A DNA stretch of 64,000 bases. It comes from Tubiluchus corallicola (lineage: Eukaryota; Animalia; Priapulida). The notes beneath the pieces were generated by a model. The model was not told where the DNA came from. It was given only the letters and a program-made list of their open reading frames with translations, and made no database searches. Made by a program: the position numbers and the translations under genes. Shown in pieces: positions 26,206 to 39,410 of this stretch (position 1 is the first letter of the stretch; every line of letters begins with the position of its first letter). The stretch covers positions 141,194 through 205,193 of the forward strand of contig JAQGDQ010000099.1 of assembly GCA_030141605.1 (NCBI GenBank). The letters are read 5' to 3'.

Positions 26206-26363
26206 CTCTAAAACAACATCACAGAATTGCTTATTTTTTCGCAGAGTATTCAGATTAGTCATGGTGGACTCTAGCAATGCAGGATCGACGAAAACAAAAG
26301 GTTCTTTGCTCTTATCAGATTTCGACGGCTTCATCTTCCTGTCCGAAGCTGCAGCACTGTTTG
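26206..26363 (-). CDS. IVNS1ABP: IVNS1ABP coding exon 2 (start of BTB)
   Basis: NSAAASDRKMKPSKSDKSKEPFVFVDPALLESTMTNLNTLRKNKQFCDVVLE; TTTCAG / GTAAGT. The internal ATG at 26334 is an alternative start. Confidence 0.9.
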
Positions 26364-26655
26364 CTGAAAAACAAAAACAATGAGTTAACAATGCATTACA
26401 CAGGTAATCTGTGTCCACAGAATTGATGACAATGGCATTTAAACTATTATGCTACTGCTTAATTTATGTTTGTCCCAAACAGAAATCATCAGAGCAGCAT
26501 TAAAACTATAATAATCACTAATCACTGAAATTAACCTACATCGTAAAAACCTGTTACACAAAACACTTTTAGTGTCATTAAGAACGTTAAGTACATTAAA
26601 TACAACACTGAAATTTTTGCACAAACAAGGTGACATTGTTAATTTAGAATTCTTG

Positions 26656-26943
26656 TGTCAGTACAGGTGGTCGAGTGGTTAAGGTAACGAACTGTTGGTG
26701 CTCCTCTGTTTACAGCCCGAGATGGAGTCTCACGACCACCTGTATTGGTGCAAACAGTTGTTATCTGTGTTATTTGTTTGTGGCGTCTCAGTGTTGTTGT
26801 ATTTGTTAAGAGTTACATATATATATATATATATATATTGTCCCCTGTTGTGTGTTGTCCCCTTCAACTGTAAATAAGAGTCTTTGTCCTTTTTTTCAGT
26901 CTAGAAAATTCTGTGCACATTTCACGAAACAACCTGACCGACA
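26656..26943 (+). mobile_element. Retroelement remnant with a tRNA-like head (solo-LTR-like or SINE)
   Basis: TGTCAGTACAGG...CCTGACCGACA termini, A-box-like TGGTCGAGTGGTTAAG, 15-bp stem, internal (TA)n; no TSD seen. Confidence 0.45.
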
Positions 26944-27529
26944 GGCTTTTCAAGTACAGCTACCAGAAAGTTATATTTTTGTGAAAACTTTCAAAAAACA
27001 TGACGACTGTGTGCTTTACATACTTCTGCAAACAGGCTTGATAAATATTAGCTCATATTCTTTACTATGACAAAGACAAAACATGGAGCTTGACAAAAGT
27101 AAGTTGGGCAATAGCCCAACCAAGCATGGTTGTCACATTTGCCTGGCTAGTTATTTGTAAGTGAAAAGGTACCTTAAGGCAGAAAGCCTTAGGCCTTAGG
27201 GTATATGGTATGCAGTGCATTTACACCTCCGAAAAAAGTGAATTCATGCTCTAGGTCTAGGTATATCATTGCTACTATAACATGGATGTGAATCCACCCT
27301 AACCAATCGGTTAGTGTAACACTACAGAGCGCTACTCATTGCCAATTCCCCTAATGTAAATTGATTACTAGCACTTCAACTATCCAGTCCCAGTCTCCCA
27401 AACAGCCTCACCATATTGTGATTACTCAATACTCATTAATGTGAACAAATTGCAAAGGAGAGCAGTATCCGCTTAGAGCTTGTGGTGGACATTGCATCTA
27501 CTAACTCTTACAGACAAAAGTAGCATTCA

Positions 27530-28040
27530 GTGTCCTTTTCAACAGTTTAAAGGCAACAGTCCACCATTTTGCTTTATTCGAAGACAACTGTCTTGTTGCT
27601 CTGTTTTTCCTCTTCCCTTTTTGCTCTGTTTAAAGATAAGGTCCAGTTTTTGCTTTATTTAAAGGGTCAAATCCAAACTTTCTGCTTTATTTAAAGGTGC
27701 ACTCCAGTGGTTTTACTTCATGTAAATTTTAAAGGCACAATAAAGTCTTTTACTCTGTTTAAAGGCAACAGTTCAGCCTTTTTTATATTACTTAAAGGCA
27801 CAATATAGTTTTTTGTTTTATTTAAAGGTGCAGTCTATGCATTTTGCTTCACTTAAAGACACAATCTAGTCTCTTGGCTTTATTTATAAAGGCAACAGTT
27901 GAAAATTTTTTGCTTTATTAAACGGCACAATCTCGACTCTTTGCTTTATTTAAAGGCACAATCTAGCCTGTTTGTTTTATTTAAAAGCACAATCTAGCCT
28001 ATTTGCTTTATTTAAAGACACAATCCAGTATTTTGCTTTT
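27530..28040. repeat. Minisatellite with units of about 32 bp
   Basis: More than 10 units of TTGCTTTATTTAAAGGCACAATCTAG-like sequence. Confidence 0.8.
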
Positions 28041-28365
28041 AAAATTGAAAAAGAGCATTTCATTCACAGAAACAAAATGGAGCACTGTTCATTCACTGTC
28101 TCTAAACAGCAAGCAGTGCACTCGCTGTTCTCCCTATTTCTTACAACTGGATGTTTATTTTTCTGCTATTATCCTGCACATAAATTAGTAAGAACATAAT
28201 GGAGCGGTGAACTTGTTTTCCTAAAATTCTGAAGAAATACTGGCATGCTACAGCAGGCCCCTATACTACATCAACAAACTCAACATTTCAAAGCACTCTT
28301 ACATCAACACAGACATGCCCACCACTTTAAAATCTTTTACAGTAACTGTCATCTGCCACGTCAGC

Positions 28366-28378
28366 AACTACTACACGG

Positions 28379-28432
<54 letters not shown>

Positions 28433-28505
28433 CTACTACTACTACTACTACTACTAGTACTACTACTACTACTACTAGTACTACTACTACTACTACTCAT
28501 ACTAC
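28366..28505. repeat. (ACT)n microsatellite
   Basis: Directly visible. Confidence 0.95.
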
Positions 28506-28759
28506 TTATAAGCCTATGTCTTAAATGCAGTAAAATGATACTAGTTCCTAAACTCTATACCAGAAAAGGAAGGCCTTTACACATGCTTAAGCATACCCAA
28601 GCTCTATTTTAACTCATTATGAAATAAAAAATCACAGCTAAACATTTATGCAATTCCATATTCAGTACAAAAATCACGAAAATATGAAGACAGCCTTAGA
28701 TCACGATTGAATAGCAAACAGAAATAATTACCGACAAGAAGTGAAAAGCACTTTTTATG

Positions 28760-29010
28760 ATGGATTCAGTTGATTTTGGGGGCGTGCAGAGCGTGTGCCA
28801 TGAAAATACAGGTTCTGGGTTCAAAACCTGGTTGACTCACAAATTTTGCTGCATTGTTTCTCAATTAATTAGCCGCTAAGCTAACAGTTGTGAATATGAT
28901 ATATTTCTTAATGTGTGTGTGAACGTGTGGTGAGTTCTTTTCCTGTTTTCACAGAATGAAACTGCTCACACGGTCTTCAGAAAAAATGGTTTAAAGGAAA
29001 GAAAAATCAA
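28760..29010 (+). mobile_element. Possible tRNA-derived SINE
   Basis: B-box-like GGTTCAAAACC at 28818-28828, internal TG run, A-rich tail. Confidence 0.35.
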
Positions 29011-30034
29011 GAAATGGAAAACAAAAAACACCCTTTCTTTCTGGCTTCACTTAAAGCATATCCTTGCCATCTAGCCAGACTCTCATGCTGGCATCTAGTT
29101 AGGTGATCAATACCCTGCTTTGTAATTATTAGTCTGCAACTGTGCTAGGCAGAGCTTTTACAAAATAAAAGAGAATTTCATACTAAGAGAGATTTATGAT
29201 CTAATGAGCATCAACAGTTGAAAGCTGTATGCTCTATTATCGTGTCGCATATCATTATGAATGATGAAACCATTCAGTGCTTAATGGCTAGGTTTGCTAA
29301 TTATGTTAATAACTGCAGCAGGACAGGAACCTCTCTCATCATCACCATGGCGTTGTATGATGACACTGTGTCAGTAGAACTGTCTTACGCTTTTGGAAAA
29401 CCACCCTTGATGCTAAAAATATTTAATACCCTGGAGACAAAATGGTGTGCGAAAGCAGTCCATTTTTTCGGCAGTCAACCACTGGTTTAGTAGCCAGAGT
29501 AAGTGTTGCTTAACTTAGGTTTATACCACACACAATTCACTCATTCAGTTATCCCACTCACCAAGCATACACAAATTCTCTTTAATTAGGTGTTCAACTC
29601 AGAAACTGCATTTCAGCTCATAATTTTTATTTATACTTGGAAACACAAAAGGTGCAATATGAATTTTAAACGTATGCAGTGAACTTATGCAGCACATCAC
29701 AAACGAATACTTCTGCACTGAGAAGTACAGCATCGGTTTTCTATATAATGGAAATGCAAGTGCCCGTCTATTTGCACTAAAAACATGTAACAACGAAGAG
29801 CTATGCGAAATTATGTGGTAATATTTCTTTCACACAAGTCATTCTTGACAAAATAGTAGGTTCCCAATACTTTAAAGTGTGAATACTTTTTAATATTTAA
29901 TATAATAATCAATGTAATGATATATATGGTAGTGACTACTTATGTGTACAGTACAAACACAATTTTTAATTAGTTCTAACTGCCCATAATTGGCCCAATA
30001 TTGGCAAAGGTGTAAATTACAAGATTGGACTTAC

Positions 30035-30080
30035 CATTAACTGAAGAATCACCCACTCTTGTAGATGCAGTAGACATCAT
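30035..30080 (-). CDS. IVNS1ABP: IVNS1ABP coding exon 1 (start codon; exon begins at 30112)
   Basis: TTTTAG acceptor at 30113-30114, in-frame TGA upstream, ATG ATG reading MMSTASTRVGDSSVN, phase-1 GTAAGT donor compatible with the exon at 26363. Confidence 0.7.
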
Positions 30081-30312
30081 ATTGCAGTTTGCCTTAAATC
30101 ACGATGTATAACCTAAAAACAAGTATTTTTATTAGTGTCGCATGTATATGTAAAATTACTTTCAAGCCAAATGATGGAGGAGGGGGGGGTCCAGTGTATC
30201 TTAGAAATGATCATTTAGTTGCTTGCACTAAGTATCGTCCTGCATTAAGCATGGACTGATTTTTCACTTACAATGACTATTGATCTGATACGGGTGAACC
30301 ACGATTTTGGTT

Positions 30313-30425
30313 AAAGTTTACAATTCCTACACACAAGAAGTTAATTCGTGAAGGGGATTAGGATTAGGGTAAGGGTTAGGGTTAGGTTAGTTAAATTGCA
30401 CGAGGAATTGTGAACTCCTTTCATG
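30313..30425 (+). mobile_element. Non-autonomous element with a central (TTAGGG)n-like tract (Helentron/HINE-like), copy 1
   Basis: Subterminal inverted repeat AGTTTACAATTCC / GGAATTGTGAACT; same structure at 52493-52690. Confidence 0.65.
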
Positions 30426-33400
30426 ATTTTTAGTATAATATTGTGGGCACGACGAGCTACAAGTCAAAAAATCTCAGTCAACTAATTCATTTACGACAAA
30501 TAGTAATGACATACCTATCTTTGTTGGCAAAATTCCAGGAAAAAATTTCATTTCATAGAAACACGAGAAAGTCATCTATCACCTAAGAGTAACTACAATA
30601 TTAACAACAAGCACACCAACTAAAGACGTCCACTCCCGTTAAAAAGGTACTTTTGTCCACTCAAGTTAACAACACACCGATGCAGGATTTACAAAGTACG
30701 TTCATTTGGTTCATGAACATCCTAAAAGACGGCGCAGCAGTCGAGTCTGCATGCCTGCAAGTCTGGACTAAATCACAGACCATGCATCTATATGCTGTCC
30801 TGAGATTGCTGACCTTGCACAGGAGTGGGGACAAGGGCTAGATATCACCGGGATGTAGGGATGTGGGAGATGAGAAATGAAGGAATGCTCCACTCCTAAG
30901 GCTTGCAAAGCCCTGAAAAGAAAAACAGAATAAAATTAGCATATGATAAAATATTTTTAATTGCCATAGTTTCAAATAAAAATTCATAAAAATTTTCTAA
31001 CAGAAGAAACTAGCCCTGCACATGTATGTTACATCATATACCTGCAGGTCGGTGCTTTAAAAAAGAGTCCAACTGAAAAAAGAGTCCAACTGAAGATTGC
31101 AATCCTACAACTAACCCCATACACTTTACAAAGAAACTCCATATTTTTTTTTAAAATGCTCATTCACTATTGACATTGCTCAGAACATTTTTAAGTAGGT
31201 CACCCCATATTTACACGATCACATCCTGGGACCTGAATACAATTGCAGATATGAAATATATGCTGTAGCTGTATGAAAATCAAGGTTAGGGTCAGGCCCT
31301 GAAGTGCTTAGTCTGGAACAGGTTATTTTTATAGACATACAGACTAAATCTACACCATCTGAGTCTCTGTATGAAATATAATAAAGCAATATAACGATTT
31401 AACAGAGCCATAAACATATTTATATAGGCACTGCCATCAATTATTTGGTATATTGTTGTTAAGTCTGGATTTCGTGGGCTAACTGCAATAATACGATACA
31501 ACTTGGTTGTCCGGTTTCCCTTTTCAAAATTAAACAGCAACACACACGACAATTGTCCATGTCATGAGACAAGATGTTGCAATCATTGCGCCATTCATTA
31601 ATACAGACAGTATGATAGATAGGTTAGAGAGGTTGTTCTATGAATGTGCAGCAGATGCCGTATTACGTGAAAAAGTGCAACAATCTAGTGCAGTTAACAG
31701 TTACAGACGATTACATACCGAATCAATGTATAAATTATTAAACAACTGTGATTGCCTAGTTTTAAAAATAAGCCTGGGGCTTATCACACTAATGAGTCTG
31801 CTGCACAGGCACAAAAAAGCCGCACAATCGCATAACTTCGATGTTTTTTTCCCTCGTATAAATAGAAACGATGTTTCTGCCTTCCTTGTGACAGAAATGC
31901 TTCTTTTCCGGGCAGACACTCGAACCTGCAGCACGATCACAATCCCATATTCTATAGTTGGCGTTATCAGGCATATCAGCTTGGTTACTTCCTCACTATT
32001 TGTTACGCAACGCTAAAACTTACGGATCATCCATGGGGCTACCTCCCTTAACAACCTTGGCAAGATGCCAGGACTGTCAGAAACGTGCGTCAAAACAATC
32101 CAGACACTACTCAATTCTCACATGACACGTCAGAACTACATAAAGTACAGCACCGTGATACACCCAGCCTGCTTTGCAGCAGTAACACGTGACACGTATA
32201 CAAGACAAGATAATTTGCCTTGCACTGTCTACACGCACACTGTATTAGTAGCCCTAGATAAATAATTAATGCTTTTTTCCATTTCTTCGTACTAGGATCA
32301 ATAATTATTTTCATTCTTTGCTAGCGGATGATGTTATACATTAATTTTATCAAAAAATAAGACATTTCCTCCGTCAGATTTACACAGTACAACAGCCTAT
32401 TTTACTGTATAGTTTCATCTACTGTTAGTCTGTTGATAATCAGCGCCATCTTTCTTTAGGCCAGTTAGCTGTTGATTGTACAGTACATAAACTCAAAATA
32501 ACATCAAATTTTCTTGGTTTTTCGAGCAAGAAAGTACTTTTGAAATGCATTCTGGTTATTGTTACTGCAATTAGTCATATTTTTGTGAAAAAAAACTTAG
32601 CACTACAGTAGCCAACTGTGTTTTCCAAGAGCAATGCTGTAACTTACGACTACAGTACTAGGAATTACATGTAGAAGTCAAGTTTGGAAGAGTGGCACTG
32701 CGGCCTTGAACTTAACGACACTTAGCTAGGGATTTTAGCCTGTTTCACATACAGAATTGTACCGGATTTCTCGTGCTCTAAGAGAGAATAACACAGCAGG
32801 CGAATGAGATTTCAATTCAACAGCGGCCCAGTCGTTGACGAAATGCCAAATGTTCTAGAAACCAGAAAGGGTTCCAAAAATTGTACCTACCGGCGTTACA
32901 AGTAGAAGCAAATAAACGGCAAAAAGAAAATGCATAAACGACAAAAAGAAAATGAGAATATCAACCGATATATTACACATTACACATGGCAATTATAACA
33001 GTGATTTACAAGGCTCATAATACGTTGGTTAAAAAATCGGGTGTTAAATGTCTAAATGATATTAGTTTTTAGTAGACTGCTTTATTAAGAAATGATTTGG
33101 TTCACAAATCACAACAATCACGACCTAAGCATACATATAACATAACTGCCAGCATGCTAAGCCAATATTTAACAAACTACAGATTAATTATCAGCAAGCA
33201 ACAGTCCTTGCAGGTCAAGCGACAGATGTTTCAGGCATTTACTGGATCTACTAGTACAGTGGCTACTGGTTATCAGTTTCTTAGAAATGTTTACCACATT
33301 TACAGTCCGGAACAAATTCTGAACACTGAACAATAACGCAGATCCGTGAAGCAAATATACGTGAAGTCCTACAATATAAAGCTGCCTAAAACAATAATTA

Positions 33401-33600
33401 TAAATCAATCCTGCAATATAGAACTGTTTATATAACAATAGCTATAACGCATTTCGGCGATGCAAAACTGTTTTATAGTATATAAACTATAATCAGATTT
33501 CTGCGTTCGCGCTATTCTTAAATCCGCGCGGATATTACGCTCTTATGCAGTGTCTATAATGCAACGATTTAGAAGTACAGAATAAACAAAATGCTACTAT

Positions 33601-33880
33601 AGTTCCGCAATCCAAAACTAGCATATACATGTGATGTATTTCACTAATACAGTACACCGAAAGTTCCTAAACAATCACTATACACGCTGCTGTTCCTCAA
33701 CCCAAAAATAGCATGTGCATGTGATGTATTTTGTTAAAGTACAGTACACCTAAAGTTCATAAGCAGTCAATATACGCTGCAGTTGCTCTAGCCAAAAATA
33801 GCATGTACATGTGATGTATTTTGTTAAAATACAGTACATCTAAAGTTCCTAAACAGTCACTATGCGCTGCAGTTCCTCAA
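33601..33880. repeat. 90-bp tandem repeat, about 3 copies
   Basis: Units start at 33601, 33691, 33781 and 33871 (..CCAAAAATAGCATGTACATGTGATGTATT..). Confidence 0.9.
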
Positions 33881-36288
33881 GGTACCTAGGACTAATGATT
33901 TCAATCAAACCCACTAGCGGAAGGTTAGCCCTACCCGACTGTATGAGATTTTAATATTTAACGGACCGGTAGTCGAGAAAAGTTCATCTTATAATATATA
34001 TGATTTTTAGCTGTACCAGAAGTTCAGAACAGGCAGCTAAATACTAAGAGATCAATATTTATACATGTTTCAGGCCACAATGCTGCAAAGAGTTGATAGG
34101 CAAGTTAACAACATTAGTTATCAGTCAGCGCAAACAGCAACGTCGATCTACTGAACCAAGGTTTACAAATAAACTCTAATTTCAAGAATAAACACCAGTA
34201 AACCATGACCTTGCACAAAACTTTAAAATATTGGCAAGAGCATTCATTATTTTATTATTCTGTGCACAGACGTCCTAATACAGAAATTTATTGCACCGAT
34301 AAGCCACGGTCAAATGTTTTTCACTACGTAAACAACTAATAAAAACAAACTTTGTCACATCAGTGAGAACGAGACGGAGGCGTAATAAAAGTCAGACAAA
34401 GGAAAGCTTGTCTGGCGTCTGTCTTGTGTATAAGCGCTGAAAGAAATACGTTTCTTTTAGTAATGCATGATACATGTACTGCATTGACAGAGCATTTTGA
34501 ACCCAGTGCAATTTCATTTCAGAGAGCTACAGCGTTTCCTTTGCTACATGTAAAGTTTTAAGTTCTTCCAAATTCTACTAAAAGTTTTGCAGCTGCTTTC
34601 CAATTTGATGTATTTTTCTTCTTATGCCTACCATCGACGTTAGGACGACAATTTTAATGGAATCTGCTTACAACTTACTAGTTCCTCCTAATAATGTATT
34701 ATACTCATACGCAGCGAACGCACGTTTTGGTGCAGTTAAAAAGCGGCTTAAAAATCAGATTTCAGCAAACACTGCTTATTGAAGAAAAAACGTTTGGAAA
34801 AATAGAGCGTTTTCGTCTTCCATACTACTCCAAGCAGTTTACCTCATAGTAGGGGGAGGCTGTATGCACATTACTGAGGCTGAGTAATGTGGCTGAGAAC
34901 ATGGCTGAGACGCCTCGTCAGTTCAGCGCCTCTCTTTGACAACTACGTTACTCTAACACAACCAACAACATTTAGTAGTGTGCCCTCCCTCCCAGTGAGA
35001 AACACTCAATTACAAAACTTTAAAAACATTTAAACTTTCTCCCCTAAGAAAACAGTTTCACCCCAGACCCCTGTTAAGCAAAACATGGATACGCCAAGCG
35101 TTAAAGAACTAGGCTTCATTAAAAACATCAGATTTCAGCATCTCGAACTAAAACGATACTACAAGACCACTTCCACGTTTCCAAGGAAAAAGTAGTAAGA
35201 GGCACATGCTGCATACTGTAGTTGTAAAGAATTAAGAAAAAGCATTAAACAAGTGCCAATATCGTTAGAAATTTAGACAAGAGCGAGCGGATATTGAATA
35301 ATTAAAAATCCTAAAAGCGCCTACGTTTTGAATGGTCCACCTCCTTAACACTGTAGTATCTCTCAGACACGGCATACACTATTCAAGTGTAACTTTACTC
35401 GCCTACACACTGTAAACTGAAGCTGTAACATGACCTCAATACGAGGCGGGAAAAGAATAAATCAGTTTAGGCGGGAATGAGTGCTGTATATCGATCAGTG
35501 GCGTATGTGAAAGAATGGCTACTAATTACTCATATTGACCACCGTCCGCTGACCAGCTGAAGGCTACAACATTACCGCGTTTAACCATTGCTAAAATGCG
35601 CCATGTTCACTGACCATTAACCAGCTGAAGGCTACAATTGACACCAGCACTTTGGCCTTAAATTTACTGACTAATGTGGCCACTGTTCACTGACCAGCCA
35701 ATTGAAGGTATAACTGACCACTCTGCGATATTTAAAACCAGGTCTATCTTATTTACAATTTTACATCTTTGCCTCGTTTGCCAAAATGTATTGCAGTATG
35801 GAAGCTCACAGTACTTTTATTAAAAAAAACACACACCAATGGAGATGGTTATTTCACCTCTTTACAGGAATTGTGTTACATTAGTATACTTGTAAACTCC
35901 ATAAAAAAGATACTTATAATAACAATAAGAACAGCAATAATAATAATAGTAATAATAATAATATTTAGAGGCGCATAGCTAATGAAAACTGTCTTGCTAG
36001 TCAAAACTGCCTTTTCGGCAATTTATTTGCGAAAAATGCCATTAATTCTGTAGACTCTACTTTGGGTTACAACTCCCAACTGTTGCGATATAAATACAAC
36101 AGTCGAAATGCGTATGATGCTAAAAATGCAACTTTATACATACAAATTGTTTTTGTAAGATTGTTTCTAAGTGCGCTTATAATGCGACCAATGAGCAGGA
36201 TTATCATATATGATTTGCAAAACATAAGGTAAATGCAATCGAGTGCAAACAGTATTTTTTATTGTACTCCCCTTGACGAACTGCTATA

Positions 36289-36818
36289 TTGTTTATTGTC
36301 CATTTTTACTTAAAGCAAAACCGGACCCAATCTTAAACTATAAGTCAAAATAATGTACTCCTTAAAATTATTGAAAGGAAACATTATTTTCAGAATGTCT
36401 ATCGCCGCACAAACGCAATTTCGTGTGCGTGTCACTAGCTCTTCGCTGTTACATGCATGTCTCCATTTTCTAGTTAGACAGGCACTAGCGCCTACATTTC
36501 AAAAACGTGTTGTACAAAAAAAACAGGTGCTGTACCTCTCAATTCAGAGATTGTTTGTTTGTGATGTAATGCACACATTTGAGAGCTCATGCATGTGCAC
36601 AGCATTAATTTGAAATTGAATTCGTGCCATATTTTTACTGTTGAAAATCAATAGTTTGTGATGTAATCAATAGTTGTGCTCGCCTGCCGTTAATTAAGAT
36701 TTTAAACTATTATTTAACTATCAGAAATGCACTACCAGTATTATTGGTGTTAAAATGTATACTTTTACCGTACTTGAAAATGCAATAGCACAAGAAAAAT
36801 CATCCCATCTTCCTTTAA
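36289..36818. mobile_element. Dispersed repeat (TTAA-flanked MITE-like), copy 1
   Basis: Collinear similarity to about 53800-54390 (CCCAATCTTAAACT..., CTGTTACATGCAT..., TATTATTGGTGTTAAAATGTATA); TTAAAG...CTTTAA ends. Confidence 0.65.
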
Positions 36819-37939
36819 ACCATTATACTGTGTAAATATTCTAATTTTTCTATGCTGCTAACAAATTTAAAATTGCCGGCAATTTCAAAATAAATAATAA
36901 TAATAATAATAGTATCCAATCTGTACACTACTGTACCATTCTGTTGCTTTTTTTCTGCTCTGTTCTCCCTTCGGTACTGTAATCTGCCCTTCCCATCCTA
37001 TGCTGTTTCCCATCCCAAAATTCAGAAGACTCAGGGTTACAATCACACCAGGTTGTTGATCCTTTAATACTAATGAACTAAATAATTTGTTCCTACACTA
37101 TCTAGACTGGTCCCTTGGGTAGGCTGCCTTTACCAATACTGTTTTTTTATCAAATCTGGTTGATGGGCATTGATTAGGCCAGCCATAGAATGGCAAATTT
37201 AAAAAAAGTAAACATATTTGTCTAGTCAAAATGAGACAGCCACTGAGACGTTCAATGTCCATACTCTCTACAGTATAACTAGTGTTATGTAGAAATAGTA
37301 TGCCCACTACAGGTTTATATCCACTGATAAACTATCAGTGCCATATGGAGTAAGTAGGTCTTTCATATTTACAAGCACCAATTGATAATCTCTAACAAAA
37401 TATCAGCCTTAATAGTGCCACATGATATATTGTCTGGCTTTGAAAATTGAATAACTAGAGGTATTTGGCTCACACTATAAGCAATGATTAACTAACGGCA
37501 GTACACTCATTAGCCCATGAACCGGGACTGGCTCTACCACAAGGCAAACTAAGTAACTGCCTAGGGCATCATATTCTGCAAAATATTCTTTAATTTTTAA
37601 GTTAGCATAACAATAGCATAGTGTCTGTGTAACTGCTTAAACACAGGGCACTTTAATCAAAAGATTAATTAAATTACGTACAGGCGTTATTTTCGTATCA
37701 ACATAAACTTATAAAAATCAAAGTTTTCAGGAAAGTAATATAGGAAACGAAAGGTAAAAGGCTGGTGGACATTGAACAGCAAAAATATTTGCTAATGAAG
37801 TATTTGCAATCTGACCATATGACGAAACTAGTGGATGTATGTGAAAAAGAGTGTTTCCTAACCGACACTGCAAATACTTCCTTGATGAAACTTAAGTCTA
37901 GCATGTTCGTTGTGTGGATAATGTGGCCAAATGAAAAAA

Positions 37940-38240
37940 TCATTGAAACTGCGTGAATATGACATTACCATGAATGATACTGTATACCATAGCTAAGTCA
38001 ACATGTAAACCTCTTTCTTCCAATGATGTTATGTAGAATTCTTGCAATCGCGGTGAGTAAGTACGATTCTCAAGGCTTGCAACCCTGCAGGTAAACCTCA
38101 TCTGTACAGATTCCAGTACAACCATGTCTTTCAAATAATATGGGTTCCAAACTGGACTTGCGTTCTCAAATATAGGCCTCACAAACAAGAAAAACAGCAG
38201 AAGTCTGAAATCCCGAGCTTTGATTTGGAAACTACATTGA
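37940..38240 (-). mobile_element. LINE (CR1/L2-like) ORF2 3' fragment, decayed
   Basis: FVRPIFENASPVWNPYYLKDMVVLESVQMRFT..LEER..DLAMVYSIIHG matches the post-RT motif (VRP.LEY...VW.P...DI..LE.VQ.RFT) of CR1/L2 elements. Confidence 0.85.
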
Positions 38241-39109
38241 TTATATTGATTATTTGTGCTGGATAGAGGTTTGGTTCAAACAAAGTGTTAAGTGGTAAAA
38301 GTGATACACAGTACTGAGTATCCAATTTAATAAAAGAAATATTTGGTAGCCCAACAGGATTGTGACTGGATTTTTACAAGTTGCTTTTACTTTGCATTCA
38401 AAAGCTGGTGAAAAGTTCACAACATATTTGGTTGTACCACAAGGAATGAACCCGATCAGCAAAAATGCGCAGATGCAATCAGAAGCAGTTCTCTCAAAAA
38501 TTGAGAGACAAAATTTAATAATCACGAATCGTCACTAAAACAGTATAACAACTAGACTAACAAACCTAAAAATCAAACAAATAGCAGCTCAGTTAGTGAC
38601 CAATGGGTCTCTCCTGCTCCTACTCCAATATTATTCAAATTATACATTGTAATGCGAAACGAATCTTGAGGAAATAAATTGATTGAATTGAATAACAAGG
38701 CTGACTGTTTAAAAATTAATAAGTATAATTCAGAGTCTTAAATTGCCTCTTCTTCAAAAAGCTTACGCATGCAATGGTCAATAACTGAATCAAATCAACT
38801 TTCAAGTATTTGTTAACAATAATCACAGGCGTAGCAATAATCCATTCCTCTACACACTACACAAACGTCAAATTCATAAAGTTTTATATGTGAAAATAGC
38901 AGATAAGTAACAAAAGAAAACAATTTCAAAAGCTAACCTTATTGAGGAGAAAACGATAACACTTTTTGCACATAACTTCTTAATGCAAACCACAACGTGA
39001 CTACTACGGTTTGCGAAAACGCTTGACTGATTTCGACTTTTCGATATTTTCTTTCCCTCGACAATAGTTGTATAATTGCACAATATACAGTGGACGCATC
39101 GCTTCATTG

Positions 39110-39120
39110 CTCGCGACGTG
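39110..39120 (-). promoter_or_regulatory. Candidate promoter motif CACGTCGCGAG facing IVNS1ABP
   Basis: CpG-rich patch followed on the minus strand by a candidate first exon ending AAG|GTTAGC at 38938. Confidence 0.4.
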
Positions 39121-39361
39121 TGTGTGGCAAAGAGCTAAGTCAAAAATTTAAAATGAATGAAATGATCGAAGCAATAACCGTCTTACCTGCATTTAACTGC
39201 AGTCACTGTAATAGATGATGACATAATCTTTATTCTTCTTCAGAACTTATTTTACCACACCATACCACCTACACCACACAACACTGTCTCCACCACTATT
39301 GATGGATAGCCACCAATACCATGCCACACACATCAGCCTGCCAGTCTGCCACAGATGATCA

Positions 39362-39363
39362 TT

Positions 39364-39397
<34 letters not shown>

Positions 39398-39410
39398 CAA
39401 CAACAACAAA
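39362..39410. repeat. (GAT)n/(CAA)n microsatellite
   Basis: Directly visible. Confidence 0.9.

Larger units (their letters stand above)
4823..30080 (-). other. IVNS1ABP: Gene model: influenza NS1A-binding protein homolog (BTB-BACK-IVR-6xKelch), 14 coding exons, 726 aa
   Basis: Exons sum to 2181 nt with all phases consistent. N-terminal FVFVDPALLESTMTNLNTLRKNKQFCDVVLEV, IVR motif HEWKVVA and kelch GGCDSWNCLNSAEVY resemble recalled NS1-BP sequence. Confidence 0.9.

Noticed and set aside
26661-26745. Functional tRNA gene
   Set aside because: No TTCRA T-loop and the anticodon stem does not pair.
27530-28040. Regularly spaced repeats resembling a CRISPR array
   Set aside because: Degenerate contiguous units without unique spacers, no cas genes, eukaryotic intron.
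28245-28524. Poly-Thr/Tyr/Leu ORFs
   Set aside because: Translations of the (ACT)n microsatellite.
31564-32016. 150-aa plus-strand ORF
   Set aside because: No recognisable motif or splice partners, and antisense to the IVNS1ABP 5' region; likely chance. A BLAST hit or stranded expression would reverse this.
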